From positions 62,001 through 126,000 of IMG/VR virus record IMGVR_UViG_3300037725_000018: 64,000 nt of DNA; one strand, 5' to 3'. The notes under the pieces are model-generated. The model made no database searches and had not been told where the DNA came from. It saw nothing but the letters and a program-made list of their open reading frames with translations. Made by a program: the position numbers and the translations under genes. Positions 46,903-58,078 of this stretch are shown here, piece after piece (within the stretch, counting starts at the first letter, position 1; each line of letters opens with the position of its first letter).

Positions 46903-47346
46903 TTAAAGTTTAATGTAGGCATACGCAAGCCCACAGGCGGTCAAAAACCCAAGTGCAAACGGGTTGTCAATGGGAATAGGTGTACTACAAATATTAGGGT
47001 CAATAGCACATGCTTGTCTACATTTAATATCACTTGGGTTGTTTTCACAATATTCAGCACATTTTTGTGAATTTCCATTTCCGTTGATAATTCCGTTACA
47101 AGCGTTTTTACTTCCCTTCCCCTTTCCATTATTCCAAGTTACAGGTCCGGGCGTGTAATCACCTGAAAGCCCACTAGAGCGTTCACGTTGGCTTCTATCG
47201 GGCGTTTGGCGTTCGGCCCGTGTGGTACCAAAGGAACTGTCTTCACTTGGCTCTGCCCAACTTGGAAGGTTCTGTGCGTTTGCCGGGGCAAAAAGCAGTA
47301 TAAGTGAAAAAATGCAAACGATCTGTTTTATTGGTTTCTTTTTCAT
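46903..47346 (-). CDS. Secreted protein with PID-CTERM-like sorting signal
   Basis: Signal peptide (ANA-Q), AQNLPSWAEP, C-terminal PIPIDNPFALGFLTACGLAYAYIKL. Confidence 0.65.
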   Translation of the reverse strand: MKKKPIKQIVCIFSLILLFAPANAQNLPSWAEPSEDSSFGTTRAERQTPDRSQRERSSGLSGDYTPGPVTWNNGKGKGSKNACNGIINGNGNSQKCAEYCENNPSDIKCRQACAIDPNICSTPIPIDNPFALGFLTACGLAYAYIKL

Positions 47347-48184
47347 TTTGTTTGTGATATGTATACACGCTTTATGCAAAAAAATCAAGCACAAGAAGCG
47401 TCATGGCAATTGAAGTTTGCCCGTTCCAGTAAAAGTACAAAGCGATGTTTTCTACGATGTAAGTGCTGTAGCTTTCGATTGTCTTAATCATCGGTTTTCG
47501 TTTTTTGTTGTGAAAGGCTCTCTCTATTTGTTTGTAACTACGCTCCTTCTTCAATGTTCCACCGGACAATCATTTCACAAAAGGGGTGAAAGAATCATAA
47601 GCTCTTTAATTTTTTCCGGGTTCAAGGTCGTTTCGTAAACTTTTTCCCACTTATCTGCGTACCTAACTTTTCTTTTGGGCACATTGATGATTATGTCCAC
47701 AAAATCGAAGTCTTCATCATCGTATGCGGCGGGGTTTGACTTCGTTTTTTGTTCGTAAAGGCCCCGGTTTGACCGGACACAAGAAGCCTCTTTTTTGTCT
47801 TCGATCAAAATGAGCATTTTCTACATCACTCTTGTAAGTAGCCAAAGCTTAACAGGGCCTTCAAAATAGTCAAGGTGCTCTAACGTTTCTTTTACCTCTT
47901 CTTTAACCCGTTCAAGTTTATCAATTGAATATCCAACATCTTCGTCTTCGGTGTACTTAGACCTACCGCTTAGATGTTTTCCAATGTACACGTCTTTTGA
48001 ATCGTGTCCCCGGTGTGGTTCCCCGTAAAAAACGGCTGTGTACCCGTCTAAATCGTCATTATCTTCAATGTCCGGGTAGTAAAGGTTATCGTAATCCTCT
48101 CTGCTGTCGTTTTCTATCTTTACGCCTACCAAAAGCGTATGCCGTTTATACATTCCCATAGCTTTGAAAACCGTTTGTGTTTAT

Positions 48185-48213
48185 AAAAAAAGGGTGGCGT
48201 TTGCCACCCTTTT
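48185..48213. terminator. Rho-independent terminator (potentially bidirectional)
   Basis: AAAAAAAGGGTGGC-GTTT-GCCACCCTTTT. Confidence 0.75.
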
Positions 48214-48230
48214 TGTTTCAATTGAACGTG

Positions 48231-48701
48231 TTAGCTCACCTGCTCGGTGTGCTTGCAATTCGGGTAATTGTTGCAACCGTAAAACTCTCCGTACTTCCCA
48301 TCCCGCTTGACCATAGGGCCGTGGCCGTGAGGGCAATCCGGACCAAGAAGATCCCGCCAATTTTCAAGGCGGCTTGCAAGGTTTTTGCGCCAAGTCTTGA
48401 TCCGGTTCACGCGCTTGGTTCCCCCAACGCGCTTGATTTCACCGTCACCATCTTTCATGAAGATTCCAACGCGAATTGCGTCCTTTCCACGACCACGGGC
48501 AGAACCGTCTTTGATGGACGTGTAAACCCGAACGGTAAGCGGAATGCCTTCTTCAGAACGGTGAAAGCGTCCGTACACCTTCTCTTTCGTTCCGGCAACG
48601 TCAACGGGAAGAAAACCTCGGTCGGAAAGAAATTCATCCATTTCCGACTCCGAAATGTTTGCGTAACTGCGAGCACTCATTGGTCTTTGGTTTTTTGTCA
48701 A
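48231..48701 (-). CDS. Protein with C-terminal topoisomerase-type zinc ribbon
   Basis: CPHGHGPMVKRDGKYGEFYGCNNYPNC; R..G.DAIRV motif. Confidence 0.75.
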   Translation of the reverse strand: MTKNQRPMSARSYANISESEMDEFLSDRGFLPVDVAGTKEKVYGRFHRSEEGIPLTVRVYTSIKDGSARGRGKDAIRVGIFMKDGDGEIKRVGGTKRVNRIKTWRKNLASRLENWRDLLGPDCPHGHGPMVKRDGKYGEFYGCNNYPNCKHTEQVS

Positions 48702-48728
48702 GGGGCGTCCTTTGTCAAATCCACTACG

Positions 48729-49457
48729 TTACACGCGAGCAAGCTTTCTCTGTTTCAAAACCTTGTGTGAAGATTCTGTGTAATCAATGGCGATTCTCTC
48801 TATCCCACTTTTTGAAATTTCAGAAATCGTCGGATGAATCTTTTTGTTCTTTTCCCACGCTTTTTCTGCTTTTTCTGTTTGAATGCCGGAGGCGTAAAGC
48901 CGAAGGTCGAAACAATTTCCAAGAATTTTCGCCATTGTTTCATAGAGCATAGAGCCGATCCCTTTTCTTCGGTGCTCTTCTTCTACGCAAATATAATCTA
49001 CAATAGGCTTGCCCACATGAAAATCAAAGAATTCTTCGTATTTTTCCCAATACCTCTCCTTTAGCTTTTTAACGTATTCCCAAAAAAGCGTCCTCTTTTC
49101 TTCTTCGGTCTTTTTAGAATACTGCTTTCGGTTATTTGAGATCCATTTGTCCCAAGATTCAACCTCTTTAGAGAACCCGGACGTATACGCTGCAATTGGA
49201 CCATTCATCTCCCGATCCGGGCGAATCACAGACTTTACGTCTCGTAGCCAACGAATAAAGCCAAAGTCCCCGGAATACTTCTCTTCCCAAGTTTCTTCTG
49301 GAACGTAAGAAACTTTAATGTGTCCGACGCTGGTTTTGGGATTTATGAACTTTGGGTGATCTAACTTCCCGTAAGCTTCAAGCGAATGGACGACCCAACC
49401 CCGGTCGTCAATTTCTTTCTCTTCGGTGAACTCAAATTCAACACCTGAGAGATTCAT
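48729..49457 (-). CDS. GNAT-family acetyltransferase (start moved off the tRNA-Ser overlap)
   Basis: ICVEEEHRRKGIGSMLY acetyl-CoA motif A. Confidence 0.75.
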   Translation of the reverse strand: MNLSGVEFEFTEEKEIDDRGWVVHSLEAYGKLDHPKFINPKTSVGHIKVSYVPEETWEEKYSGDFGFIRWLRDVKSVIRPDREMNGPIAAYTSGFSKEVESWDKWISNNRKQYSKKTEEEKRTLFWEYVKKLKERYWEKYEEFFDFHVGKPIVDYICVEEEHRRKGIGSMLYETMAKILGNCFDLRLYASGIQTEKAEKAWEKNKKIHPTISEISKSGIERIAIDYTESSHKVLKQRKLARV

Positions 49458-49483
49458 CGTTTCATCGGGTTTGTTCAAAAGAG

Positions 49484-49574
49484 CGGAGGGGGAGGGATTT
49501 GAACCCCCGTGACTATATTTCAAGCCAACTCCCTTAGCAGGGGAGCGCGATAAGCCGAACTCTGCCACCCCTCC
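49484..49574 (-). tRNA. tRNA-Ser(GCT)
   Basis: Class II, loop CTGCTAA. Confidence 0.92.
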
Positions 49575-50225
49575 TTGTCAACTTCAATACATAAACCTAT
49601 TCTCGCTTTTCAAGTTTCAAGAATCAAAGTGCTTCACAGCCTTTTCATACGAAGAAGAGCCTTTTGGAATTTCAATCCAGTTTTTTTCAAAACGCACGCT
49701 TTCGCATCTAGGTCTGTAGTTTCTTCGGTAGACTTCCCCGGTTTCTTTACAATACTTCACGTCCATTAAAAGTAGTTCTTTTTGTCCCCCGCTTACAGAC
49801 TTCACCGGAAGAGGAACCTTTTTGTATTCCCAATCCCGACCCCTATGCTTGCGGTTTTGTTTGTTTTTAGGGTGTATGTATTCAAAGACAAGGTTAATTG
49901 CAAAAATACCTGCAGAGGCTAAAACAACTACCGATCCCAAAAGGATAAAAAGGGTAAGATACGGTTCCATAGTCTATGTGTTAAGCCGGGTGTCCATAAA
50001 TTGATTGAAAGGATCTGTACAAACGCCGCTCTACATTTTGAACCCATTCTCTGTACTGAAACTCTTCGGCAATCAAATCGTCTTCAATAACTGAATCTGC
50101 AGCTTCGTTGACATTGATGTATGTATTAATTTCTTCGTCAACAAAAAGCTCGCCGTCTTCGATGTGAAACTTAGTTTCGGGATGATTCAATCGAAGGTCT
50201 TTCAAAAGAGATTCGTGATTATACG

Positions 50226-50771
50226 TCATTTTTGTTTCGGATTTAAATTTCTTTTAAAGTGTTTGCGGTTGAAAAACATTAAAAGACGCGCAAGAAAGTT
50301 CCGGATAGGTCCACGGTCATGCAAAAGCACAATTTCAAGAAGACGGCGTCCATCGGTTTTATAAGCCTTCCCGTTTCTGTCAATCCCTTTATTGGGGGTT
50401 AACGAACCCATTAAGATTTTCGCGTTTACAAACAGGAAGGCAAAGGAAATAGCGGACATAAACCCGTAGAAAATGCTTCCAGCCATAAAAAGCGAAAAGA
50501 AAAAGTTTACCGATTCTGCAAAAAGAGAGAACAAAATGTAAGTAAAAATCGGCCCGGAAGCCACGATCATGAGGGTGTCATTAACTGGAAGTCTTCTTGG
50601 GACATTAAAGCCTATGCACCCACTTTTTCCACTTGAAGAAATATGAAGATAGTCCGGGATGTTTCCTGTGCATATAGATCCAAAGTAATGCCCAACCTCG
50701 TGAAACGCAACCGAAATTAGATAAAACGGATAAAGAAGAAGTTCAATAAAGTTTTTTATCTTTGTTTTCAT
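50226..50771 (-). CDS. M50-family (site-2) membrane zinc protease
   Basis: HEVGH in a TM segment, VASGP, LTP..TDG. Confidence 0.75.
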   Translation of the reverse strand: MKTKIKNFIELLLYPFYLISVAFHEVGHYFGSICTGNIPDYLHISSSGKSGCIGFNVPRRLPVNDTLMIVASGPIFTYILFSLFAESVNFFFSLFMAGSIFYGFMSAISFAFLFVNAKILMGSLTPNKGIDRNGKAYKTDGRRLLEIVLLHDRGPIRNFLARLLMFFNRKHFKRNLNPKQK

Positions 50772-50809
50772 ATTGTAACTGGCTTTAATTGCTAATGTAA
50801 ACTTGGTAA

Positions 50810-50896
50810 CGGAGAGCGGAGGCATCGAACCTCAAGATTTTTCAATCTCCATCTGATTTCGAATCAGCGATAGGTGCCAAACCTACGTCACTCTCC
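50810..50896 (-). tRNA. tRNA-Ser(CGA), atypical
   Basis: Loop TTCGAAA, long variable arm, extended D-stem. Confidence 0.75.
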
Positions 50897-50900
50897 ACAG

Positions 50901-50975
50901 AGGACGGGGTAGGATTTAAACCTACATAGTTGGAGTTGCAATCCAACGCCTAAAGTCAGGTTCGGCCACCCGTCC
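50901..50975 (-). tRNA. tRNA-Cys(GCA)
   Basis: Loop TTGCAAC, U73, T-loop TTTAAAT. Confidence 0.82.
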
Positions 50976-51180
50976 TTTCCTTTTACTTGTACTCTTCGCT
51001 TTCTTCTACAAGCTCAGAGTCCCAATCTTTAATTGAAGAGCGGGGAATTCCGTGAGCAAGTTCAAGCCCGGTTAGGATCTTATCAACGTCTTCGATCCAG
51101 ATTCCGCGCTTTTCAATGATATTTCCGTTTTTCTTCTCCACTCGAACGTTAATAAAAGGCATATAATTAAGTTGGGTAAG

Positions 51181-51606
51181 TTATGATTGATTGATGATCG
51201 AATCCACGTGCGTAAACTTCTTTACACGCTTTGGGTGCTTCTTTTCGTCCCAAGGGTGAGGAACAATTATTGGCTTGATTCCTTCGGCAAGGTCTACAAG
51301 ATTAAGCTCATTTACACTATCATCAAAATGCATAACGGAGCCTAGGCTTTGAAGTTTCTCCGCTTTAAGTGAACCATTTGTGAAATGAATATCTTCTACC
51401 GGAAGGTCGTGCTTGTCAGCAAAATCGAAAACGTCTTTTGAGTGAATCTTGTTTCTTGAAGTTACGATATGAACAGTATGCTCTCTAGCCAAGTTTCGAA
51501 GAAGGTCCAGAATTTTTTCGTTTGCGTGAAGCGAAGAAACCCAAAACCCGTCTTCAAGTTTCGGCTCTGTCAACGTATCATCGAAATCGAACGTGACTAC
51601 AGCCAT
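51181..51606 (-). CDS. HAD-superfamily phosphatase
   Basis: FDFDDTL, IVTSR, K, HFDD motifs. Confidence 0.85.
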   Translation of the reverse strand: MAVVTFDFDDTLTEPKLEDGFWVSSLHANEKILDLLRNLAREHTVHIVTSRNKIHSKDVFDFADKHDLPVEDIHFTNGSLKAEKLQSLGSVMHFDDSVNELNLVDLAEGIKPIIVPHPWDEKKHPKRVKKFTHVDSIINQS

Positions 51607-51877
51607 TAGCTTTTCGGTTTTTTAATCTAAAGGGTATATTTTACTTCCTTCTTTACGCTGTTAATACCGTGTCGAGACTTAATTGTTTCACCACTTATAG
51701 AATACACAGCGTCACAAATAGAGAGAATTTCAAAAGAAACCAACCGGGCCGCAACTTCAATACTTGGATTTGGATTAAAAAAAGCCGAACGTCTTTTGGG
51801 TGAAGAAACCTCTTCAATTTGTTTATTACCAAATAAAAGAATCATAACTTACGTGAAGATTTTAAAATGCAGAAATG

Positions 51878-51949
51878 TGGAGCCAGTAGGATTCGAACCT
51901 ACAACATTCTGTATGCCATACAGACACTCTACCGTTGAGTTATGACCCC
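51878..51949 (-). tRNA. tRNA-Ala(GGC)
   Basis: G3:U70, loop ATGGCAT. Confidence 0.9.
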
Positions 51950-52291
51950 ATTTGGGGCGAACCGGGGGGCTACTCCGGCGTTTAACGGTTGATCTTTAAT
52001 CGCTCCCTACCCAACCCGCTAAGACAGATCAACTTGATTAATCGTCGCTTTCAGACGTTAGATACCATTCGCCAATCACGTGTTCTTTTTCTACGACAAA
52101 CCTACTTGGAGTCACCGTCTTTTCACGAAGACAACTTTTTGCCGCATTTTGTTTTACAATGTCACGAACTTGTCGTGGAACATTTTGAAGCGTGCGTTCT
52201 GCCTCTTCTGTAAATACAACCTTGTCTTCACCAGCAACGTCTGTCATCTTCATCACCCCTTTGTTTTTGAATTTTAGTTAGAGTAAAGTAG

Positions 52292-52373
52292 TGGATGGAG
52301 TAGGAGTCGAACCTACACAGCCAGAGGCGACAGATTTACAGTCTGCGGGGCTCGCCAAGTGCCCAGCCCATCC
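52292..52373 (-). tRNA. tRNA-Tyr(GTA)
   Basis: Class II, loop CTGTAAA. Confidence 0.9.
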
Positions 52374-52757
52374 GTTTATTCATTCATATGTAATAGCCTA
52401 CAAGTTTTTTTGTTCCCAGATCAAGAACGCGCTTTTAGTTTTAATCTGTATTTAACACGTCAATCATATTTTCAATGCCTTCAACGTTTAAAGATACCGC
52501 GTCAATGTTTTCAAACATCGAAAGCACATTAGGTTTAATGAGAGACAGGTAGAATTTTTCTCCACCAACTACAATTGCGGTTTCGTCTTCTAAGAACGTG
52601 AAATCCAATCCGGGATTTCGATGTTTTAAAACCGCAACCGTGCAGTAGTCTAGATTTTCTCTTCCTATGTCTTCTACAATTTTTTTTTCTTGATCTGTGA
52701 GTTTTGATTTTGAGATTTCTTCAATATTGAAGTTCACTTGATTAGTTATTTGTGGGA

Positions 52758-52799
52758 TGATTGCTATGTTCGCCGTCTTGATTGCTATGTTCGCCGTCT
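52758..52799. repeat. 21-bp tandem duplication
   Basis: TGATTGCTATGTTCGCCGTCT twice. Confidence 0.9.
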
Positions 52800-52988
52800 T
52801 GAACGCGACGAACCACAACTCGCTTATCTTCCCCTCCAACGTTGACGTTGCGTTCGTCAACTTTCTTTGAACAACGCTTCCCCTTAGCGTACTCTATAGC
52901 CTGCTTTACGCCTTTTACAAGTTTGTTGAAATTATTTTCATCCATTTTTTAAAAACGTTTTGTGTCCGAAATACACGTGTTTAAAAAG

Positions 52989-53062
52989 TAACCCTAGGAG
53001 GACTCGAACCCCCACTCTCCGCGTCCGTAGCGCGGCGTCGTATCCAGTTGGACTATAGGGTT
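52989..53062 (-). tRNA. tRNA-Arg(ACG)
   Basis: Loop CTACGGA. Confidence 0.9.
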
Positions 53063-53074
53063 AAAGGATTGTTG

Positions 53075-53148
53075 TACGCCCGGAAGGATTCGAACCCTCA
53101 ACTTTCTGATCCGAAATCAGAAGCTCTATCCAGTTGAGCTACGGGCGC
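53075..53148 (-). tRNA. tRNA-Arg(TCG)
   Basis: Loop TTTCGGA. Confidence 0.9.
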
Positions 53149-53234
53149 ATAATTTAAGAAAAAATTCTTGTTAACGGCTAAGTACAAGTCTTATTTGTAT
53201 TCACCAATAAGTATCTCTTAAAGAGGCTAATGTT

Positions 53235-53795
53235 TCAAGAGTGGTGGTTTTTTTCAAATGGATTGTCTACCGGGCTTGATTTTTCACATGTGGTTAGGAC
53301 CTCTTCTAAACTTACAGGTCGGTAGTTCCAAGAGTCAACGCCAACATCAATTCTATTTTTTCCCGTAAGCTTGTGTCCGGTGTGTTCATGCCCGTGCAAA
53401 TGAATGGCGCTATAGTGCCGTTTGTTCCACATTTCAATCGGGTAGTGAAAAAGAACAATCGTTTTCGGGTGCTTCGAATTTTCTTGAGGAATCGTTAGCT
53501 CTTTGTAGTTTTGAAAAGATGCAAACTCGCTACGAACGCTTGAAGTCGGTCGGTCATGATTGCCCGTAACCAGATGAACATTTCCATTCAAAACGTCGAG
53601 AAGGCTTCGAACGCGATTTGAATCTCCAAAGGTTAGGTCGCCCAAGTGATAAATATCATCGCCGCTTGAAACCTCTCTATTCCAGTTTTCAATTAAAGTG
53701 GAGTTCATCTGCGAAACCGATTTGAAAGGTCTTTCCGCATAATTGATGATATTTCGGTGATCAAAATGGGTATCACTTGTGAAGTACGTAGCCAT
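53235..53795 (-). CDS. Calcineurin-like metallophosphoesterase
   Basis: FTSDTHFDH, HLGD, GNHD, FHYP, HLHGH.H, DVGVD. Confidence 0.92.
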   Translation of the reverse strand: MATYFTSDTHFDHRNIINYAERPFKSVSQMNSTLIENWNREVSSGDDIYHLGDLTFGDSNRVRSLLDVLNGNVHLVTGNHDRPTSSVRSEFASFQNYKELTIPQENSKHPKTIVLFHYPIEMWNKRHYSAIHLHGHEHTGHKLTGKNRIDVGVDSWNYRPVSLEEVLTTCEKSSPVDNPFEKNHHS

Positions 53796-54041
53796 TCAGT
53801 TTTCTTCTAGATACTTTTCAAATTCGTCAAGAAGCTCCGGGTAGTCAGAAGGAGAACCCTTGTCTAGAAAGTAAAACAAAGAGTAAAAATTCATTTCATC
53901 TGCAATCTGTTTTACCCCTTGTCTATCAAACATGTTCGTCTTTCCAGAATTTTTTACCTTTTTCATCTGGCTAAGAACAAATGTTCGCCTCTGATTTGAA
54001 TCAAATATTTCACTTCTGTAAACCGGATGCATGGTTTTCAC
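53796..54041 (-). CDS. DUF5049-like protein
   Basis: SGKTNMFD..V..IA..M.F..L motif. Confidence 0.6.
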   Translation of the reverse strand: MKTMHPVYRSEIFDSNQRRTFVLSQMKKVKNSGKTNMFDRQGVKQIADEMNFYSLFYFLDKGSPSDYPELLDEFEKYLEEN

Positions 54042-54460
54042 CTCACTTGAAAATTTTCGCTAAAGCATAAACGCAAAAGTCAAAAGAAGAACAATCAAGC
54101 TTGCAAGGAAAGCGATAAATGTCTTCGTAAGCTTTGCGCCAGTTGTATTTTGGTTGTGACGGGCAGAGACGTCCAAAAAATCTGCCATAAGGAAAGACAA
54201 GAGCATCCCTGCCGCCACAAGAATTTGAGTTAAATTGATTGGTTAATTCGGATTTCTCCGTACGTTCGAAGGTCTTCATATGCTTCAAAAGCTACGTCTT
54301 CAAATTGAATATAGCTTTTGATTGTAGACTTAGGCGTTGAAATCACCGTTCGGTTTCCAGTGTCATGATTAGAAACCCGCGTCCACCCGTGAACTCGAAC
54401 GACACCCGGATTTGGTTTGTGAACTAGGGTTCGATTTTAGTGTGAAAAAGTTATCAAAAG

Positions 54461-54551
54461 AGGTAGGAGGGGGATTCGAACCCCCGTGACCGTATTGCAG
54501 GCCAGTCGGTTTTCAAGACCGATGCAATAAACCAGACTCTGCCATCCTACC
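54461..54551 (-). tRNA. tRNA-Ser(TGA)
   Basis: Class II, loop CTTGAAA. Confidence 0.92.
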
Positions 54552-55261
54552 TTGTCAAATATGAATGCTAAATCTTGTTAATGATTTTCATCGCCTGCTT
54601 GTGAAGCCATTTCCGGATGTAACGCTTGAGGATCTTCTTCGGGCTTAGAGAAGCCCAAGTCTCAATGTCGGAAATGTGCTTTCTAATTTTGTAAATTTTG
54701 CTTGAAAGACTCATAACAGTCTGAAAGCTGTTTCTTTCCTAATGCATTTAGGTAAACGCCGCCTCCTTTACGCTGTTCCCTTCTCGCAAGTGTGATATAC
54801 GGAGTTTACAGCCTCTTCACATTTTTTACAATAGAAACCATTTCCAAAGCCCAAAATTACAACGTTGGGATTCCCGGAAACAAGACGGTTAATAATCTTT
54901 TTCGTTTTGATCGCGCAAGTCTGAAAGAAGTTTTGTGTTTCCTCGATCATAGTCTTTTCTTGCTTGTTCAATTAGGTCGTTTAGTCTTCCTTGCCGAACA
55001 TTTTCTTCAATTTGAATGTCCCACTCGTCTTTTGCTCCTAGCTCTTCGTAAATGTCTCTCGCAATATCGTAGAATTTCGAGTCACAAAGCTTTGCTTCCG
55101 AAAGAAGAACATAAAACGCAAGACGCATGTTAGCGATTTCCCGGAGAAGAAGGTCGTTTTCTTCGTTCGGTGGCGGGTTCTTTCTTTGGTTTTTCTCCTT
55201 GATTTTTTCTGCTTTCAAAATGTAATTTTTGACCCTCTCTAGCTTTTCTCTGTCCATCCTA

Positions 55262-56014
55262 TCACTCATTTCTTTTTTTGACTATGTGTTGTAGAATATA
55301 ATTTTTAGTTTCAAAAGCAAGGCTTCTGTCGTTGGAAGTAACGTAGCCGAGCCTTCGCGTGTTCCCGACCCCTGCCTCCGGGTTTCCGTTTGAGTCTACA
55401 GTTACGATAGACTCTGCGCCTTTGATTGTTCTGTTTAGAACTCGAAGCATTTTTTGGTTCACGTCGTACTTTCCCGGACTCCCAAAAAACGGAACGCAAA
55501 CTCCGTGACCGCTCTTTTTCATTTTCTGCATCTGGTCGCTGTTTCGAAGATGAACTTCGATGATCTTGTCTCCGATGAACTCGAAGTTAAGATTCCCTGT
55601 ATATCCGACAAGATATTTTGAAGTCCAGCTTTTTGCTACCGTTAGATCCGGGTTTTTGATCTCTTCCCAACAGGAAAACACATCCTTCTTTTTATCGACT
55701 CTAAGGGCAAACACGTCACTTACAGAGCCGTTTTTAAGCGAGCAGTCAAACGTCCAATGCTTTCCCTCTAAATACTCGCTCCAAAAAAGGCCGGGATGAA
55801 GCCTTCCCTTTACAGGGGAGTTTGCTTTAAACGATTTCGCTCCTAAAGAATACAGGTTCGTAATCGGTTTGTAAAAAACCGGATAGTTTTTTGGCTCAAC
55901 GCCTGCAGGGGCGCAAGTTATGTTTTGCGTCTTTGAAAGCCAAAGCTTGTTGTATACAAAGTTGTAACCGGGATTTTGAATCCATGCTTTACCGTCTGTT
56001 TCTTTTGACCTCAA
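55262..56014 (-). CDS. ATP-grasp-like hypothetical protein
   Basis: YPVFYKP, WSEYLEG, N.EFIGDKIIEVHLR. Confidence 0.55.
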   Translation of the reverse strand: MRSKETDGKAWIQNPGYNFVYNKLWLSKTQNITCAPAGVEPKNYPVFYKPITNLYSLGAKSFKANSPVKGRLHPGLFWSEYLEGKHWTFDCSLKNGSVSDVFALRVDKKKDVFSCWEEIKNPDLTVAKSWTSKYLVGYTGNLNFEFIGDKIIEVHLRNSDQMQKMKKSGHGVCVPFFGSPGKYDVNQKMLRVLNRTIKGAESIVTVDSNGNPEAGVGNTRRLGYVTSNDRSLAFETKNYILQHIVKKRNE

Positions 56015-57112
56015 CGCTCTTGACTGAATTTAAATGCCACTACATAGTTAACCTCTTTCCCACTTACTAATATGTAGCTTTTCAGGGTAGTAAAAATTCA
56101 CCTTCGCAGAAGCGTTTGAAACTCTACATGGTTTTCTGGTCTTAACGACCGTTTCGTAAATTACGCTTCCGGAGTCAAGGTGTTTGAAGTTTGTATGTGT
56201 GTGGTGATGTTTTTCGATAAGATCAGAATCTACTTTCAACGACCAACTATAAAAATCGTCTTCAAGTTTAACGTTGTCAACAAAAAATCCAATCCACCAA
56301 AGCCCGGAAACCGTTTTTCCGGGGCCAACAAGCAGTTTTGGGTCAAAATCTATGCTACAAGGTGTGGCCTTTTTAAAGTACAGAATGTCTTTTTCGGCTT
56401 TAAGTTTATCCATTTCTTCTTTACTTTAGGCGATTTACCACTTTCTTTCTCCACTCGTTTGTAAGAAGGTCTGCCCGGAGGATATCATCTTCGGTAGGTG
56501 GACTACATGTGACCCCGTGAGTCATTGAACTCCATTTTTCCTGAATTCGAAAAAGAGTACGTTCAAGCCACTGGTCAACGTTTTCTTCTTCGATTTCAAA
56601 CTCAAAACGCCCATACGGGTGTCCATCAATGTAGTACGAAACAAGATACTTTGCGTCTTCTTCTTCTGACATTTTACTTGTTGTAATCTGTTTGTTAATG
56701 TTATCTACAAGTCTTTCAATGCGTGTAATTTAATTAGTCTACTACCATCTTGTTTCTTACATATGAATGATTGCCGTTTATTTAAAGGGTATTTTACAGA
56801 AGGTTTGCAAGAACATTGTTTACTAATCGTCAAATACGGTAGGCCAGAGTTCTTCAGGAGTGTTTGGGTCTTTCTTTCGTTCTTCTACGATTTTTTTAAA
56901 CCGTTTATTCATACCTTCTTTAAAGTGTTTGTAGAATTTTTTTCTTTCCTGTTTGGTTTCGGAAACAATATATGCGTATATTAGAGACAGAGCTTCAAAT
57001 ATTACTTCAAACTCCGGTTCAGGGATAGAATTTTCCTCCATAAATATAATTTCAAAAGGATAAGTGATGCATAAGCTTTTGAGATATTAATGCGATGCAA
57101 TAATATATAGGT

Positions 57113-57509
57113 TCAAAGTAGTAGAAAATATGAAAGTAAAGTGAGAATACTAATGAATGACCTCCCATTGGTAATCCCCCGAACGAGTTCTGCGTTTACG
57201 TATCGAAAAATCTTTTTCTCTATCGAAAGTCCCGCATATCCGGTGAACCTTCGATTTTCTCTTTCGTGAAGAGACTTACTATTTTCATAAAACCCAACAA
57301 TGTAAGTATCGTTAAACCCAATTTCAACACCCGGATTAACTTCGTTGTAGCCCTTACTACGGTCGGTATGGTAGCTACTAAACATAATAGAGACAGAAGT
57401 TATCTCTTGTGTGGGAGCCGGATTGACCGACGCCAAAAAAACAAATTTCAAGAGAACAGAAAAAACCTCTTCACGATACTTTGTAACTGATTTAAAGTTT
57501 TGTTGCCAT
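57113..57509 (-). pseudogene. Degraded PagP-like outer-membrane beta-barrel gene
   Basis: SYH....YNEVNPGVEIG and GFYENS motifs; the nearest ATG (57509) is out of frame and the C-terminus runs into AT-rich sequence. Confidence 0.4.
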
Positions 57510-57515
57510 GTTTTG

Positions 57516-57588
57516 TGCTACCGGGTGGAGTCGAACCACCGACACCTAGAGCTTCAATCTAGTGCTCTACCAACTGAGCTACGGCAGC
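57516..57588 (-). tRNA. tRNA-Phe(GAA)
   Basis: Loop TTGAAGC. Confidence 0.92.
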
Positions 57589-57891
57589 ATGTGTGATTTA
57601 TGTCCAATTTTTTGCCTTTTTGTGTGCCTTTGTAATAAACATTTTTCGGGAACGTATCGAGCAATCTTCATAAACATACCGTTCAAGCCGACGATGTTGA
57701 CTGGCAAACTCTTCAACGTATGCTTTAAAGTCTTCCCGGCTTTTAGCACGGTTGGCTTTTGCCGCTTGAACCGCAACCATGTTTATTAGCTCTTCTCGGT
57801 CTGTCATTTTTTTTCGTGTGTTTCTCTTTGTTAACTCACTCTATAAAACCGCAATCTCGACATGTTGTTCCAAAATCAAATGTGAAGAAAT

Positions 57892-57926
57892 AAAAAAGCC
57901 CCGATCCGCGCCAAACGAACCGGGGC
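57892..57926 (-). terminator. Rho-independent terminator
   Basis: GCCCCGGTTCG...CGGATCGGGGC-TTTTTT. Confidence 0.8.
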
Positions 57927-58078
57927 AAGCTGTCGCCTATGCAACGTAAGCCAACCAGTCATGGCACGAAGGTCACATTCCCATCCCGAACGCTTGAAAA
58001 GCGTGAGAAGCGGTAAAAACGCTGTTGAAATTTCTGGTTTTGAAAGGTCATGACAGTTAGCTGAATTTGCATAATGTG
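57927..58078 (-). ncRNA. Independently transcribed rod-like small RNA (6S-like architecture)
   Basis: Nested stems TATGCAA/TTGCATA, AGCTAAC/GTTGGCT and GTCATG/CATGAC; CTATATATT upstream and a terminator downstream. Confidence 0.6.

Noticed and set aside
25847-49568. ORFs or ORF N-termini overlapping tRNAs (for example 25847-26113, 32586-32777, 35020-35325, 36141-36347, 37320-37679, and the 5' parts of 31561-32301, 44759-45187 and 48729-49568)
   Set aside because: They are translations of tRNA or ncRNA sequence. Starts were moved downstream where a real gene follows.
57978-57991. 5S rRNA gene on the plus strand
   Set aside because: Only a 14-nt match. The flanks do not form 5S helices, and the promoter and terminator indicate minus-strand transcription.
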